Made by a program: the position numbers and the translations under genes
Notes under the pieces: model-generated
Seen by the model: only the letters and a program-made list of their open reading frames with translations
What the model was told of the DNA's origin: nothing
The model's database searches: none
Source: Negaprion brevirostris
Lineage: Eukaryota
DNA length: 64,000 nt
Reading direction: 5' to 3'
Assembly (NCBI GenBank): GCA_030324005.1
Contig: JARDVH010000115.1
Span: 38,374,456-38,438,455 of the forward strand
Shown: positions 1 through 14,400 of the stretch, one piece after another
Layout of the letters: each line of letters opens with the position of its first letter
Position numbering within the stretch: position 1 is the stretch's first letter

Positions 1-77
1 GCCATGATCTTGTTGAATGGCGGGGCAGGCTCAAAGGGCTAGATGGCCTACTCCTGCTCCTATTTCTTATGTTCTTA
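1..77 (+). mobile_element. CR1 LINE 3' tail
   Basis: gaatggcggggcaggctcaaagggctagatggcctactcctgctcctatttcttatgttctta; recurs at about 1450, 11830, 19165 and 24265. Confidence 0.8.
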
Positions 78-1294
78 ATTGAAGTTCTAAAAATATAACT
101 TTTTTAAATTCATTGATTATGGTGAGTTGGAAGAATGTAGATGAAACAGAACCGAAAGGAAAGAGAATTTGCTAACAATAATAAACGACTACAATCCTCT
201 AATATCTTTGATCTTTCCTTTATGTCACAGTAATTCACATTCAGTCAGCATCACTATATATGAACTACTTGCTAATGTTTCAAATTAAAAATGTTTAAAT
301 TACTCATGTCTTTGCCTCCTTATGAAAATTTGTTTTAACCATCCCACCCACTTTCTGATCATCTGAATATGACCTTTTGTATGGCCACCTTCACCTCATC
401 ATGCCTAGATGTTGCAATTGAAATTCCTTTTTAAACCCAACATCTTGATCCTTCCTTTTACAGACCTTTTCAAAGAATATCCACAGCTTTTTTTGCCATT
501 TTTTTTCCTCTGAAATCCTTATCACATGCAACTTGGTATTGGATACTTAAATAAAACCTACCAAATATCCTCTAGTCTTGATTACGCATACACATAGGAT
601 TAAGATTGGTTTTTGCAGGTTGAAGTTTGTTTTTTAACTTGTGAATAGTTTGTGGTTTGGTATCTTTTGCTTGAAATATTGAAGTGGCTTTAATCTTTTC
701 TGGATACTTCAGGATTCAGTGTGTAATGGGTGCAATTCAGCTCACTGGTTATTGAGATGTAGGATGAGAGATTTGTCTGTTTGAACTTAAATTTATTGGG
801 AAACAAAATAGTGTTGATGGGGAAGTGAAACAATTAAGCTCAGGATTAGTTATAGGCGAGATGCTAAAGGAGTTGCCATTTGGCGTTTTCAAAAAGCAAC
901 ATTTTTAGCATTGTTCTCAGCAACTATCAGTACAGAATGAATCATCCAAAATAATGTGTGTGACTAGAGAGACCTTGCTTGCAAGACTTGATCAAACAAA
1001 AGATTTAAGCTGCATGCCACATTGGGTGTCAGATTCAAATTCTCTTGAATGCTATAAGAAGTTCTTTAATATCTTGGGAGGAAAGAAGAAAATGTCTTTT
1101 GGAAAGTACAAGAATCCTTGTCACTACAAAAATACTGACAAAATTGTGAAATGCTTATCACTTTTAAAGGAAAGGGACATTGTTTTAGAACTTCAACAAA
1201 AACGATATGCCTGAAGCGCATATTTCCTATCCTGTTTTGCCACTCTGAAATGAAGCATTTAAAATCTTGGATGATCTTCCATTCCCTTTTGGTT

Positions 1295-1630
1295 TTTCCC
1301 ATGGCCTTGTGATCCGGAGATCCAGGGTAATGTTCTGGAGACTTGGATTTGAATCCCACCGTGGCAGATGGTGAAATTTGAATAAAGTAAAACATATCTG
1401 GATTTAAAAAGCCTCTCAGTAACCATGAANNNNNNNNNNNNNNNNNCTTATTGAATGGCGGGGCAGGCTCGAAGGGCTGGATGGCCTACTCCTGCTCCTA
1501 TTTCTTATGTTCTTATGAGTCAAATGTCCTATAGATTGGCCTAGCAAGCCACTCGTTTCAAAGGCAATTAGGGATGGGCAATAAATTGTGGCCCAGCCAG
1601 TGATACCCACATCCAAAGAATAAATAAACA
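1295..1630 (+). mobile_element. Shark tRNA-derived SINE (SacSINE-like) interrupted by a CR1 3' tail (about 1430-1518)
   Basis: B-box-like gatttgaatcccacc; tail ggcaattagggatgggcaataaa...ccacatcc...aataaa shared with the LINE tails at about 7000 and 10980. Confidence 0.6.
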
Positions 1631-4600
1631 AAAATGTTACATAGGTTCACCGCTATGCTCCTTATCAACCATCATTTTTGGATTTGGGTGATTTTGCAGG
1701 CAGTTGCACTTATATTTGCTACTCTAGACTGGAGACTGGCACTGATACGTGTTGACTACATCAGTGGCTGGGTTGCACTTGAGCATCAGATTAGTGTCTG
1801 AAAATTCTTCATCAGCTCTTGCAATTTAAACTTCAGCATTGTACCAAGGCATCATGAATGTGTGTCGCAACTATCTAAAAGTTTCTGAATGACACAAATG
1901 AAGAAACTTCATTGATGTAGGAAGGTGTAGGATCAAATCACAAGGCACTAAGTGCTTCTGAGATTCACAGTTGATATTGAAGATCATTATGCAACATTTA
2001 GGCCACAGAATGTGATTTCTTGAAAGTGTTCTGTTAATTTCTTTCAGCAGATTTGTAGGTGGACATTGATTCATTAATTGTCAATGATTATAAATAGGAG
2101 GGTTACATAGCCTTTGCATAGGCAAGAAATTGAGAGAATGGTGATAATGAGCAAGATGTGGAATGTGATCATGGTGCGAATAGAGACAGCTCGTTTGCAT
2201 CAGTGAAATAAATTGTAAGAGATTGGATAAAGTAACTAACTTTTAAAGAATGTTCAGTTGGGTCTTTGAAATGCTTTAACATAGGCTTACAGGAACAAAT
2301 GAGTCAGATAATACTCGACCTTCCAGCAAGAATTACTGAATCCTAACCACAAGTGGGAAGCTTGGTTTGCTATTACAATCTATCTCGCTCACCCAGCTGA
2401 AGTTTCTCCACTACAAGAATAGACATGAAGAAAAATTGATACATCACCACAGCTTCCCTGACAGAAATTTGAACTGCACAGCTCTGGGCCCTTTCTGACC
2501 TTTATGGCTCAGAATGCAATGCTAGAAGGACTTCAGTTTGGTCTTGCCATACTGTTTGAGGTCACTTTGGTAGTGTGTAGTGTGGTGACTGTTGAACATG
2601 GAGATCCAGGTAGCGTGCATTTGTGTTCAAGCATAAGCCAACAATCAATAGTGCAGTAAGAAAGCAGTCTGAGGTATTCTACTCAGGCGGCCTGAAAAAA
2701 GTGTGCTATACTACATGGGTAACCAGTTCAGTCTGGTGAGAAGGTTAAACCCTGAATTTACAATTTGTCAATCAAAGCATATGTCACACCTGTTTCTCCT
2801 GATGCGCAAGTTTTTGATCATGCTAACTCTGATTTGTCCTTTGTCAATATCACAGCATGTGATGAGTTCAAGATGGTAGGGTGAGTGTAGATGTCCTTGT
2901 TGAATGTTAGTCATTCATGGCTTTTCCCTCTTTAGTGCGGAGGACATTGGGAGAAGAAAAGGACCATTCATGTATTGATTTATATAACTTTTAGTTTCTC
3001 TTTTCTGCTCTAGACCACCATTAGCACTGTTATTTATTCTTCTCTCCTACACCACCCAGCTCCACAGCAAATGTATTAAACACACAGTGCTTCTCATGGT
3101 CAAATCAGACCCATAATTGTGAATAATCATGGGTACATTTATATTCTGCTACCCAAATAAAGTGCAATTTGTATGTGTGAAATAATAAATTGAGGTGCTG
3201 TTTCAAACAAATTTAGAGCAGATCCAGGAATACTTTAAATCCCAAATCGGTTTACACTTCACCTCGTATGGAGTTCCTAAAGCTGGTTGTACTTGACCTT
3301 GAGGCTTATGTACCAGATGAATAGAGCTGAAATGTTGAAGCAGCTTTACCTTTTGCAAGTAATCCTCTTGGGAGTGTTTTGCTTGCTTTCAGAAACCTGT
3401 ACTACTTGCCAGTTTTTTATTATATCTAAGATGGCATGTTGAAAGAAATTGTGGAAACTAATTGCTTGAGTCAGCAAACGTGGATTTTAAAAAAAAATCT
3501 CCTATTCCAGATGGCTAACCTTTCAAAGCTCAATTTTTAAATTGTACCCACACATTTTATTTTTTAAAAAGGTAAGCTAACAGATGCTTTAAAAGTGGCT
3601 TCAAATTATTGAAAAAAATGAAACTTAACACATCATGGCAAACTGTTCTATTTGATTGATATGATGAGCAAAGCTGACCCAGGAAGACCCCATAGTGCTC
3701 GCTTCTCCTACTGCAATGTCAAAGTTAGACCATCCAGCTAAATTTGCTTGAAGGAGAAATGTTGCAAGGTGAGCCGTTAAAACTGATGAAGCCATTTTTT
3801 TCCTCTTGCTCTCAGCAGTGTTTTGTTAACTTAAAGTGCTGAGGCCTATTTTTGTGAGTGCTGTACTTGATGTTGAGATTATGATATATACATGAATTTC
3901 TCGAGGGATAACAGATCTTTCAATTCCTAAATGGTCATCATTCAATTGATGATGAATCCAATTTATTTGAGGTTTGATTTCACTACAACTATCTGCATGT
4001 TTAAGAAATTATTAATGAAATATCATTCACTTCAGAAAATGTAGTTTGATCTACTGATGGATCATTTTCCTCAGAATGGGAGGTATTGACTTTACTGTTT
4101 GTATATAATTGACCATTTCTTTTACATCTTTTCTATGGTATATACTTTCCACTTGCTCTTTTGACGTTTGACTAGATATGTCAGCCTGTTTCTTAGTGGA
4201 TGTTAAGTGCTAGAGGTTGCAGGGAGGTCTGTTAAATCGCTTTGCATGGTAACGACAACGTATAGGAAAGCAGTATTTAGACTTGCATAATCTCATGAAG
4301 GTGACAGCAATCAAAACCAATTAAATCAAAGAAAAGCAAGATGGCCAGTTTTTATTTTTGGTATATTGGGCTAACGATGCATGTGCAATTGTTGAATAGC
4401 AGCATGGGAATCAGTAAGCATTCTAGTGCCTGAAGCCTACTGAGCTGTGTGAAGTTTGTTCATGAAACTTTGGTCTAATGAGGCACCTTTTAAACATGCT
4501 TAAATACAGTATTTTGTAGTGAAATGATGAATGCAACTTAGAATAATTGCAGAGAATGATAGTGTGGGTAAGAAGTTGGAGTGTTATAATTTTCAATGAA

Positions 4601-6559
4601 ATGGCTGCAGATTCTTCAAACAGTGGTACATTTGAACTGTTTGCCAGAATAATCCTGGAAAATCAAAGTCAAGGAATTCTCTGCATTGAAATCCTCAACA
4701 AAATCAAGATATGATGAGCAGAGCTGCCCATTCTCACTGATCACCCGAAAAGAACAAACTGTTCTCTTTTTCACCTACTGTCAAAGCATCTGATTGTTAA
4801 ATTATTCTTTTATTTTGTCTCTGCTCTACCAAGAAGTTCATTCCATCTGTTGATTATGTTGTCAATTGGATTTTTGCCCATTAACTGTCATGAATAACTT
4901 GTGTGGTATCTCAGCCATTCCATTGCCCTTGTCTACTGTATCAACATGACCTTTTCAGTCTTTTTATTATGGTGACTTTACCCTCTAATGTTTAGTAGGC
5001 TTTCTAGCCAATGGCTCCCTCTTGTTAGCGCTCAACACAGTCTGATAAAGACTTTTGTTAACTTTCATTGGCTGCTTATCTCTGTGCACTTACTATAAAA
5101 ATCTTCTTGCTACTGTACTGCTGCAAACCTGGTCTAACTGCACCATGTTTTGCTATTTGTTTTATCCCTGTGTTTTCTTTTTCCATTCTTCCAACTCTGT
5201 ACTGTGTCCTTCCTATGCAATACCATTGGTGGCTGAGGCTTCAGCTATCTCATCCAAAAGTACACACTTCCTCAACATACCGTATTGATGCTATTGATTT
5301 TTGCTGCCATTAGTCATGAATGTGCATGATGATCTATACTGAACTAGTTTGCTGTTGGATGTGTAAGATGCCAGAGCTGTTAATTTGGGTGAGTACTCTA
5401 AGAAAAACCTTTTCTGTGTAATGAATGTGCGCGCCTCTGAATAACATACTTCCATTTTGGCCTCTGGATTTAATTTAAGATAACATGACCTGCATTTGGC
5501 TTTGGAGATTTTTAAGTATATGATTGGTAAAATTAGCCTTTTGCAGTTTACAAAACAAACTTGTCACACTAGATGGTTCATTAGATTGCTTCCTGACGTT
5601 AAAAGGTTGTCTTGAGATTGTATAGAATGAGACTGAGAGTTTAAAAGAACGAGTAGTCACATTGAAACGTTATTTCTTTTAGAATTTGACAGCATGGGTG
5701 CCTTGTTTGAATAGGCTGGAAAGTCCAAACTTGGTTAAGTGTCAGCCACTTAGCACAGAGATGCAGTAGAAGGCTGTGAATTCTTGGCATTCCTGACTCA
5801 AGAAGGCTGTGTTCGCCCAGTTATGGAATATATTCCAAACTGAGATTGATTCANNNNNNNNNNNNNNNNNNNNNNNNNNNNNNNNNNNNNNNNNNNNNNN
5901 NNNNNNNNNNNNNNNNNNNNNNNNNNNNNNNNNNNNNNNNNNNNNNNNNNNNNTGATTCAATGTTTTTGGACAGTCTGGGTACAGGGAGAAGAAAGAAAT
6001 TGCAATATAGGCCCAGAGTGTGGAGATGGTGCCTTGTTATCCAACTTTGCTAATTCTTGTGAAGTACCTAACATTTTGTTAAGCATACACATTCCCATTC
6101 TAGTTGTAGTAGATGATCTGTGATCTTATCTCAAACCCACTCTGCCATTCAATATCAGATGGCCTATTCCTGCTCTTATTTCTTATGACGTTCAGTCTTC
6201 CCTCACTGGGAATTATCTGCAGAGTTCATTTATATTTTCTATCAATTATCTGTAGTTTTTTCTGGTTTGTTTTCCTAACTTATTTAAAATTGGTACTTAT
6301 TTAAAATTGTTATTGTTTTCATTGCTGAGCCAATTATTGGATTACACACAGCAGTGAACAATTTGAATCTCTTACTGGTACTAGAAAATCTGAAGCAAAT
6401 ACATCCATTTAAATATCTCTTCGCAGAAGGAATAATTAATTCTGAGAGTCTGATCAATTAATTTTAACATAAGTTCAGTTACATGTATCCATAAATTGTT
6501 GTGGAAATGGTTCTCTCAACACTGACATTTAGACGATTAAAATGAAAATGCTTTTTGAT

Positions 6560-7050
6560 GAGCGTGAGTTTTAGCATAACTCCAATTTCTCACGAGTTGG
6601 GATTGTAGTAACATTGTGATGAAGTAGGATTGATTGTATTATGTAAAGCTGAGTTAGAAGTGCACTCAACCACCCAGGACAAAACAGCCTTCCACCATCT
6701 TAAACATTCATTCTCTCCAACACGCAGCACACTGTGACAGCATGTGCACCTGCAGCAACGCAGTAAGGTTCCTTTGACAGTACCCTCCAAACCTTTGACT
6801 TATACCAGCTAGAAGGACAAAGGCAGCAAATGGTTTGAAATACCATTACCTGAAAATTCCTCTCCAAGCCTAATTTGGAACCATTATCACCATCCCTTTG
6901 CTGTCGTTGGGTCAATATCTGGAAACTGTTCGTAGCAGCACTGAACCTCATGATCTGCAGTAGTTCAAGAAAGCCATTATCACCACCACCTCGAGGGCAA
7001 TTGGGATGGGCCTCAGTAGTCTAGCCAGCAACACCCAAATTATCTGAGCA
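6560..7050 (+). mobile_element. Decayed CR1-clade LINE 3' end (family with ggcaattagggatggg tail)
   Basis: RT C-terminus/3'UTR motifs (ctgcagcaac...aaggttcctttgacag; gcagtagttcaagaaag...ccaccacc...gggcaattgggatggg); similar tail at 10880-11045. Confidence 0.55.
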
Positions 7051-7900
7051 TAAAAAGGAGTTTACCATTTTACAAAACTTGCTGTGAAGAGGAACTTTAA
7101 AATGTGTGAACTGATGTGCTGTTTCACTGCTAGCTGCTGATCTGTTATGACAACAGATGTTATTGCTGAGCAAGCCAGTTGCCAGAATAAGGTCTGTCTC
7201 GCTGATGAATTTTTTATTGCATAGAATTCCCATAACACTTCTTAGAATTTTAAAAATTGGCAACAACCCCCTTAGGCTTTTAATAATAAAAATCCTGCAT
7301 TATAGTTGTTAATTAGTTAATTCAGAAGTCACCTGTTTTTTTGGAAGACTCTTCTGGCTTAGCAATTCAAACTTGCCATAACCTCATTACGAATGTATCA
7401 ACCTAACACCTTTAATCTTTCATCTCTTGGCCCTCTCAGACAGCCTGTCGCCAGTAGCCTTCCTCTGTTTAATTAACAGGCAAATAGCTTTCTTTACCTA
7501 TACAGAATACCATTATTATCCCAAAAAAATCTCTCGCCACATCTTTTGCAAGCAAGGGTGAAGCTTAAGTAGTGCTGTAGAATGAGGGAAATCTTCACTT
7601 TCTATCATGAGCAAAAGATTAGAAATTAATTTATGACTTCTTGGGAAGCAACGTTTTGAAAAAAAATTTAAACAGCCTATTTAATATTGTATCTGAATAA
7701 GAATCTGTTTGCTCTCTATCTGTTCTCAAATGCTTCTTTAGTGCAGCCCAAGTATACTTGTGAAGGTCATATTGGGCTACTAATTCTTGATAAATCAACG
7801 AAAGTTCCTAAGAAATGCATGTAAANNNNNNNNNNTTGAACTTTTTTTAAAAATAGAAACTTTTTTCTTTTAGATATTGCAGGAGACATAGCCAGCAACC

Positions 7901-8423
7901 ATGGAATTTTATGATTCGCAATACCTCCTCATCATCATCCCAGCAGTGGTGATTGCTATAATTTTTCTGTTCTTCTGGCTGTTTATGAAGGAAACGTCAT
8001 ATGATGAAATACTTGCCAAACAAAAACGAGATGTAAAACTTGTTCCAGCAAAAGTTGACAAGAAAAAGAATGAAAAGAAAAAGAATAAGAAGAAAGAGAA
8101 CCCCAATGGTAACCTGCATGAATCTGATTCAGAGAGTGCAGTGCGAGACTTGGATTTGATGGATACATTGACACCTGATGATGAACCATCCATTCATATT
8201 GTGTCGCCTGTAGTTGAAGTTCCAGCTGGATTAAAAGAGAGAAAGAAAAAAGACAAGAAAACATCAAAATCTGTGCCAGAAGAATCTTTTGGGAGGGATT
8301 TTGAAGGATCAAAATCTGCAATAAAGAAAAATGAATCCCTGCCAGTTGTCAAGCAGCCTACTCCTCCAGAAATGTCAAGTTCTAAAAGAAAGACTGGACA
8401 CAAGAAGCATAAGAATGGTACAG
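7901..8423 (+). CDS. KTN1: KTN1 coding exon 1 (TM anchor, Lys-rich region)
   Basis: Acceptor ttttttcttttag ending 7873 (alternative cag ending 7882), Kozak gcaaccATGG at 7901, donor CAG|gtaaaa at 8424; 523 coding nt, phase 1. Confidence 0.95.
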
Positions 8424-11400
8424 GTAAAAAAAAAGTGATGTTGCTATCATATTATCACAAGTTAAATTTGCAGCTTTCTATGTACAAAAGTCTTGTTTAG
8501 GATATTGGCTTTGTCTAATTGTATATTTGTGTGATATTGCAATATATAGCAAATTATAGACTGAATTTGTGTACTTTGTTACAGCCACATAGAAGCAGCC
8601 TGCCTTTTCCTACTAAAAGCTGCCCCCTCTTCAAAAACCTACAAGTGAGGAGTGGTGGTTGCTAGAAAGAGAGCAAAGCATTTACTTGGGTATTTATCTA
8701 TCTGAATTTTAATTTGCTGTATATACTGATTTGCTTTGGGGTGTAGGGCAAATACTCTTTTTATGGTGTTGACCCAAATTTTGGTGTTGGCAACAAAAAG
8801 ATGGTACTCTTCTGATTTTAAAGAAACACCCTCATTAAGGTGTAATGGGTTGTGGTATCCCCATCTTGATATCTGTTTCATTCTGGCACCATTTATAGGG
8901 GGTCTCTAGCATCCAGGAAAAGGGAGGTAATCAAGCAGGCTGAGCTGCTAATCTGGTTGACTGACTGGATAGATGACTAAAAGATGGTGCACAGGTACAA
9001 AAAAGTAACAATTAAGACTAATGGAATTTTTTTTTTTTGCTTTATCTCTCAGGTATTGGATTTAGAAGTGAGGAATTATTTCATTTGTACAGAGCTTACA
9101 CGCCAACTGAGCACTGGGTTCAGTTTTAGCCAGTGAACTGTAGGACATTGGCTTTGGAAGGAGTACACCAGGGCTTAGTGTTAAATTGAGGATAATTTGT
9201 GGCCTTGGAGGAATTTAGAGGAATAAAGGATGGTCTGATTGAGATCTTTAAAATGATAACAGAATTCAGTGGGTAGATGCAGAGAAACTACTTCCTGCAG
9301 CGAGAGAACCAAGAATAAGTGGGGTGGCGGTGGTGGGGGGGAGCAATGTAAAATTCAACCTAAGCCATTTAGGAGTGAAATTGGGAATCTCACTTTTATC
9401 ACACAAGACAGTGGAAGTTTGGAACTGTTATATCTCAAGCAGCAGCAGTTACTGGATTGTCTGAGAAAGATGGAGGTATTTTGGGGAAAAGATACGGAGA
9501 GGATAAATTTGACTTGAAGGTGCTGATTTGAGAAAATGGCAACAGGTTCAAGGAGCTGAATGCCCTGCTTTTGTACTGAAGACACAATGTAAAGATAATC
9601 TGACCCAAAATGCTGCTTAACTTCAGTTATTTGTTTGTGCTAGGAGCATCACAAGGATGTGGATGGAAGGGAAGAGAACCATGGTATCTTTTCTCAAAAA
9701 AGAACGTCTTTGGTTCAAGGAGCTGATTATTTCCTCTTTCAAATAATGTAATCAATGAAGATATTAATTGATATGCCATTTGTATTTGCTTGTGTTTACA
9801 AGATTAAGACATTTTAAAACTTTGTGCTGTTTTTGTCATCCATTACATCCAGTGGTGGCACAGTGTCTAGCGCTGCTGCCTCACAGCACCCAAGACATGG
9901 GTTCAATTCTGGCCTTGGGTGACTGCCTGTGTGGAGTTTACATGTTCTCTCTGTATCTGCATGGGTTTCCTCTGGGTGCTCTGGTTTCCTACCGTACTCC
10001 AAAGATGTGCAGGTTAGATAGATTGGCCATGCTAAATTGCCCCATAGTGTTAGTGGGATTAGCAGGGTAAATACATGGGGTTGAGAGGATAGGGCCTGGG
10101 TGGGATTGTTGCCAGTACAGGCTCAATGCTCCGAATGGCTGCCTCCTGCATTGTAGGGATTCTATGAATTTTACTTTGTCGTAAGATGTAACCTCAAACC
10201 GTCAACACATTTCTTGGATCTAAANNNNNNNNNNNNNNNNNNNNNNNNNNNNNNNNNNNNNNNNNNNNNNNNNNNNNNNNNNNNNNNNNNNNNNNNNNNN
10301 NNNNNNNNNNNNNNNNNNNNNNNNNNNNNNNNNNNNNNNNNNNNNNNNNNNNNNNNNNNNNNNNNNNNNNNNNNNNNNNNNNNNNNNNNNNNNNNNNNNN
10401 NNNNNNNNNNNNNNNNNNNNNNNNNNNNNNNNNNNNNNNNNNNNNNNNNNNNTGTACCTCAGTTGGTCTGAATTTAGCAGGGGTAGAACGTGATTTTCAG
10501 TTGTTTCTTTGCAGTGCCTGCATGATGGTACTTCCTCCATGCTCTTGAATTGATATTTATGGAAATACAAGGGAATGAGCAACTTAATTAATAGGTTAAA
10601 GCAAAATGTTACATTTTCAGTATTTGACAAATTCATGTTATGTCTGGTGTCCTCTTTAGTTAATATACCTACCCAAAGTACTAGTTCTGATGCACAAATT
10701 TGGAGTAGCTATGTGCGAACAGTGTTCCACACATTGCTAAAACCAGTAACCATGGTAAATGATTGCATGGTAAAAATGGATTTTTCCAGGCATCTGTTTC
10801 TAAGATGTTTCATTTTGCATTGAGGTCTGCTGTTGAAGATGAGTAACAAAAGCAAAGTAGGCTTGGAATTATATCGCCCTTTCTTCACTGTCACTGGTTC
10901 AAAATCCTGAAATACACTCTAATGGCATCGTGGGTGTACTTGTACCTTGTGGACTGCAGTGGCTCGCCATCACTTTGAGGGCAATTGGGGACGGTGAACA
11001 AATGCTGACGTAGCCAGTAATGTCCAAATCACGTGAAAGAACAAAAAGGCCATTTCAAAAACTTTCTATTATCTATGGGGTGGCAGGCAAAAATGACAAG
11101 CTGCAGTGTATTTCATTGCAGGTTTAGAGGTGGGCAATAGTCTGTGTAAATCAGAACACCTGTAATGTAGACTGACTTTCCTGACTCTCGCAAATATCCA
11201 ATGACAAGGGTAGTGTATTTTCAGTAGAAGCCCTTGTATCATGGCACATCTTTTGATGAAGCTTGTTTTTAGTTGACCATTGAAAGAATGAATTTATCAT
11301 ATCCCTACAAATAAGGCTAATCCTATAACTTTTGCACTAAAAGCTGTGGACGTTATAAAAATGGGGAATTCTTGCTAAAAGGTGCTACTGAGACCACACC

Positions 11401-14400
11401 TGGAATACTGTGAGCAATTTTGGTCTCCGTTAAGGAAATTGGCATTGGAGGCAGTCTAGAGAAGGCTAATTAGGTTGGTATCGGGTTTGCAGGATTTTTC
11501 TTATGAGGNNNNNNNNNNNNNNNNNNNNNNNNNNNNNNNNNNTAGAGGTAGAAAGATTCTTCCCGCTTAGAAAGGATAGCAGAACTAGAGGGCACAGCCT
11601 CAAAATAAATTGGGGGGGGGGGTGTTGCAGTTAGAACGGAGTTGAGGAGGAACTTCTTCACTCAGAGTGGTGAATCTGTGGAATTCTCTGCTCACTGAAG
11701 CAGTGGAGGCTACCTCATTGAATATATTTAAGTCACGGGTGGATAGATTTCTGATCGACAAGGGAATTAAGGGATATGGGGAGAAAACGGGAAAGTGGAA
11801 CTGATTCACTTCAGATCAGCCACGATCTTATTGAATGGTGGGGCAAGCTCGAAGGGCTAGATGGCCTACTCCTCCTGTTTCTTATGTTCTTATATTCATG
11901 GTTTTGACCTGTGGATGAAATTTGTCCATACAATTCCTAAGTAAGGATGGTAAGCAGATGATAGTCCACCGATGATAGTGTAACTGCAGCATCAGATGGT
12001 GTGATTTTGCTTGACCCTGTACATCCTAACCCTAAGTGAAAGTTTAATTTGAGCAAAAACCTTTAAACCTCATACTTACCGTAGAGATTGAACAGTTTGT
12101 GTTGTACCACATTAGCTGCATCAATATTTGAGTGAATTCATTGATTTGATATCTTCGAGTTGAATTGTTTAAAAAAAAAATTTTGCTTTATTTTTAGCTG
12201 CTACTGTCTCTGAGCAGTTTGATAGCTACCAGATTTATCCAGACAGATTGGAAACTACTGCACATTTTGCAGAGCCGATTGGGGGTGTATCCTCTTTATG
12301 GAAACAGGACAGTAAGTTTTATTCAGAGCCAGGATGCTAGAATAAGAATTCATATACACGTCTGTTAGAGTAACTTTGCAATTGTTAAGCACAATTTAAT
12401 CTAATGAATTTCAAATGTTAATTTGTTGCATACAACTGCTTATTTGCTTAAAATGTATTTTTCAGTTAGCTGTTTAGTTTTAAAGTAGTATCAAAAATGA
12501 CAATCTGTGTGTACTAAAAATGGACCTATTTGAACTATTCTTGCATACATTTTTGTCAGTTTTTGTATTTGTAAATCCATTTTTAAGATAGAATTTTTTA
12601 AAGCCCAATGCACTTTCAGTATTCTTAAGGGGTTGAATGCACCTAATGGAAGTTTGATAATTTTCCTTCTTAATCTGGAAAGAAAATTAGATTACTGGAC
12701 TGTGCAATATGGATTAAAATCCTAGGGTTGCTCTTCCAATTGATCATGTTAGCCAATCAATCAACAAACTTTGATTTGGTTTGTAGATATGAGGTGTATG
12801 TATTCAAGGAATGCATCCTGGTAATTGTGACAGAAATAGGCCTTGATCCAAATCTAAATTTGAAACCTTTATGTAAGCCTTCCACATGATTCTTTTATGT
12901 ATGTGGATGGTATTAGTGAGGGGAAGTTGAAGTTGCTAGTATCTGTAGTGCAGCAGTTTCAAGTATAGTGGCTTGGTCACGTGGATGGGGAAGGTCATTG
13001 GACCCCTTGGTTCTCTCCCCTTTTGTACCGACAACCAATTGCTGCTTAAATAATTTTGATTTTTGGTTCTATGACTGTGGAAATCCATTTCAAACCTCCA
13101 TTATTTTTGTGTAAAGAAGGAACTTTCATTAGGTTGAATCTGGTGTTCCTCTGTCCCACTGTCTTAACATTGTATTCTGGATTTACTTTTCCAATTTCTT
13201 ATTACTCTGTAATCTCGGTGATTATCTCCTATGTCACCACTATCCTGATGTGGAGATGCTGGCATTGGACTGGAGTAAACACAGTGAGAAGTCTCACAAC
13301 ACCAGGTTAAAGTCCAACAGGTTTATTTGGTAGCAAAATCCACTAGCTTTCNNNNNNNNNNNNNNNNNNNNNNNNNNNNNNNNNNNNNNNNNNNNNNNNN
13401 NNNNNNNNNNNNNNNNNNNNNNNNNNNNNNNNNNNNNNNNNNNNNNNNNNNNNNNNNNNNNNNNNNNNNNNNNNNNNNNNNNNNNNNNNNNNNNNNNNNN
13501 NNNNNNNNNNNNNNNNNNNNNNNNNNNNNNNNNNNNNNNNNNNNNNNNNNNNNNNNNNNNNNNNNNNNNNNNNNNNNNNNNNNNNNNNNNNNNNNNNNNN
13601 NNNNNNNNNNNNNNNNNNNNNNNNNNNNNNNNNNNNNNNNNNNNNNNNNNNNNNNNNNNNNNNNNNNNNNNNNNNNNNNNNNNNNNNNNNNNNNNNNNNN
13701 NNNNNNNNNNNNNNNNNNNNNNNNNNNNNNNNNNNNNNNNNNNNNNNNNNNNNNNNNNNNNNNNNNNNNNNNNNNNNNNNNNNNNNNNNNNNNNNNNNNN
13801 NNNNNNNNNNNNNNNNNNNNNNNNNNNNNNNNNNNNNNNNNNNNNNNNNNNNNNNNNNNNNNNNNNNNNNNNNNNNNNNNNNNNNNNNNNNNNNNNNNNN
13901 NNNNNNNNNNNNNNNNNNNNNNNNNNNNNNNNNNNNNNNNNNNNNNNNNNNNNNNNNNNNNNNNNNNNNNNNNNNNNNNNNNNNNNNNNNNNNNNNNNNN
14001 NNNNNNNNNNNNNNNNNNNNNNNNNNNNNNNNNNNNNNNNNNNNNNNNNNNNNNNNNNNNNNNNNNNNNNNNNNNNNNNNNNNNNNNNNNNNNNNNNNNN
14101 NNNNNNNNNNNNACCACGCAAGACTGTTCTCTTCCTGTTGGGGAACACTTCAGCAATCACGGGCATTCGGCCTCAGATCTTCGAGTAAGCGTTCTCCAAG
14201 GCAGCCTTCATGACACAGCGCAGAATCACTGAGCAGAGACTGATAGCCAAGTTCTGCACACATGAAGACAGCCTCAACCAGGATCGTGGGTTCATGTCAC
14301 ACTATTTGTAAGTCCCTGGACTTGCAAAATCTCTCTAACTGTTCTGTCTGGAGACAATACATATCTCTTTAACCTGTGCTTAACGCTCTCTCCACTCATT

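Noticed and set aside
3655-4760. ATGATGA...CTGA pairs suggestive of box C/D snoRNAs (about 3661 and 4711)
   Set aside because: Spacing is too short, and I saw no terminal stem or recognisable rRNA antisense element.
1-7873. KTN1 promoter or first exon
   Set aside because: No CpG island or convincing first exon; the region behaves as intron 1, so the promoter is probably upstream of the window.
9053-9067. Potential 15-nt in-frame microexon (strong pyrimidine tract, AA|gtgagg donor)
   Set aside because: It lies within decayed CR1 sequence, the T-tract looks like a slippage expansion, and nothing independent supports it.
9644-9683. AG...GT-bounded exon-like segment
   Set aside because: 40 nt, frame-shifting, with a weak donor.
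13294-14232. Long ORFs of 277-301 aa in the ORF track (and 10214-10636)
   Set aside because: They are almost entirely N-gap; only the short Penelope GIY-YIG remnant is real sequence.
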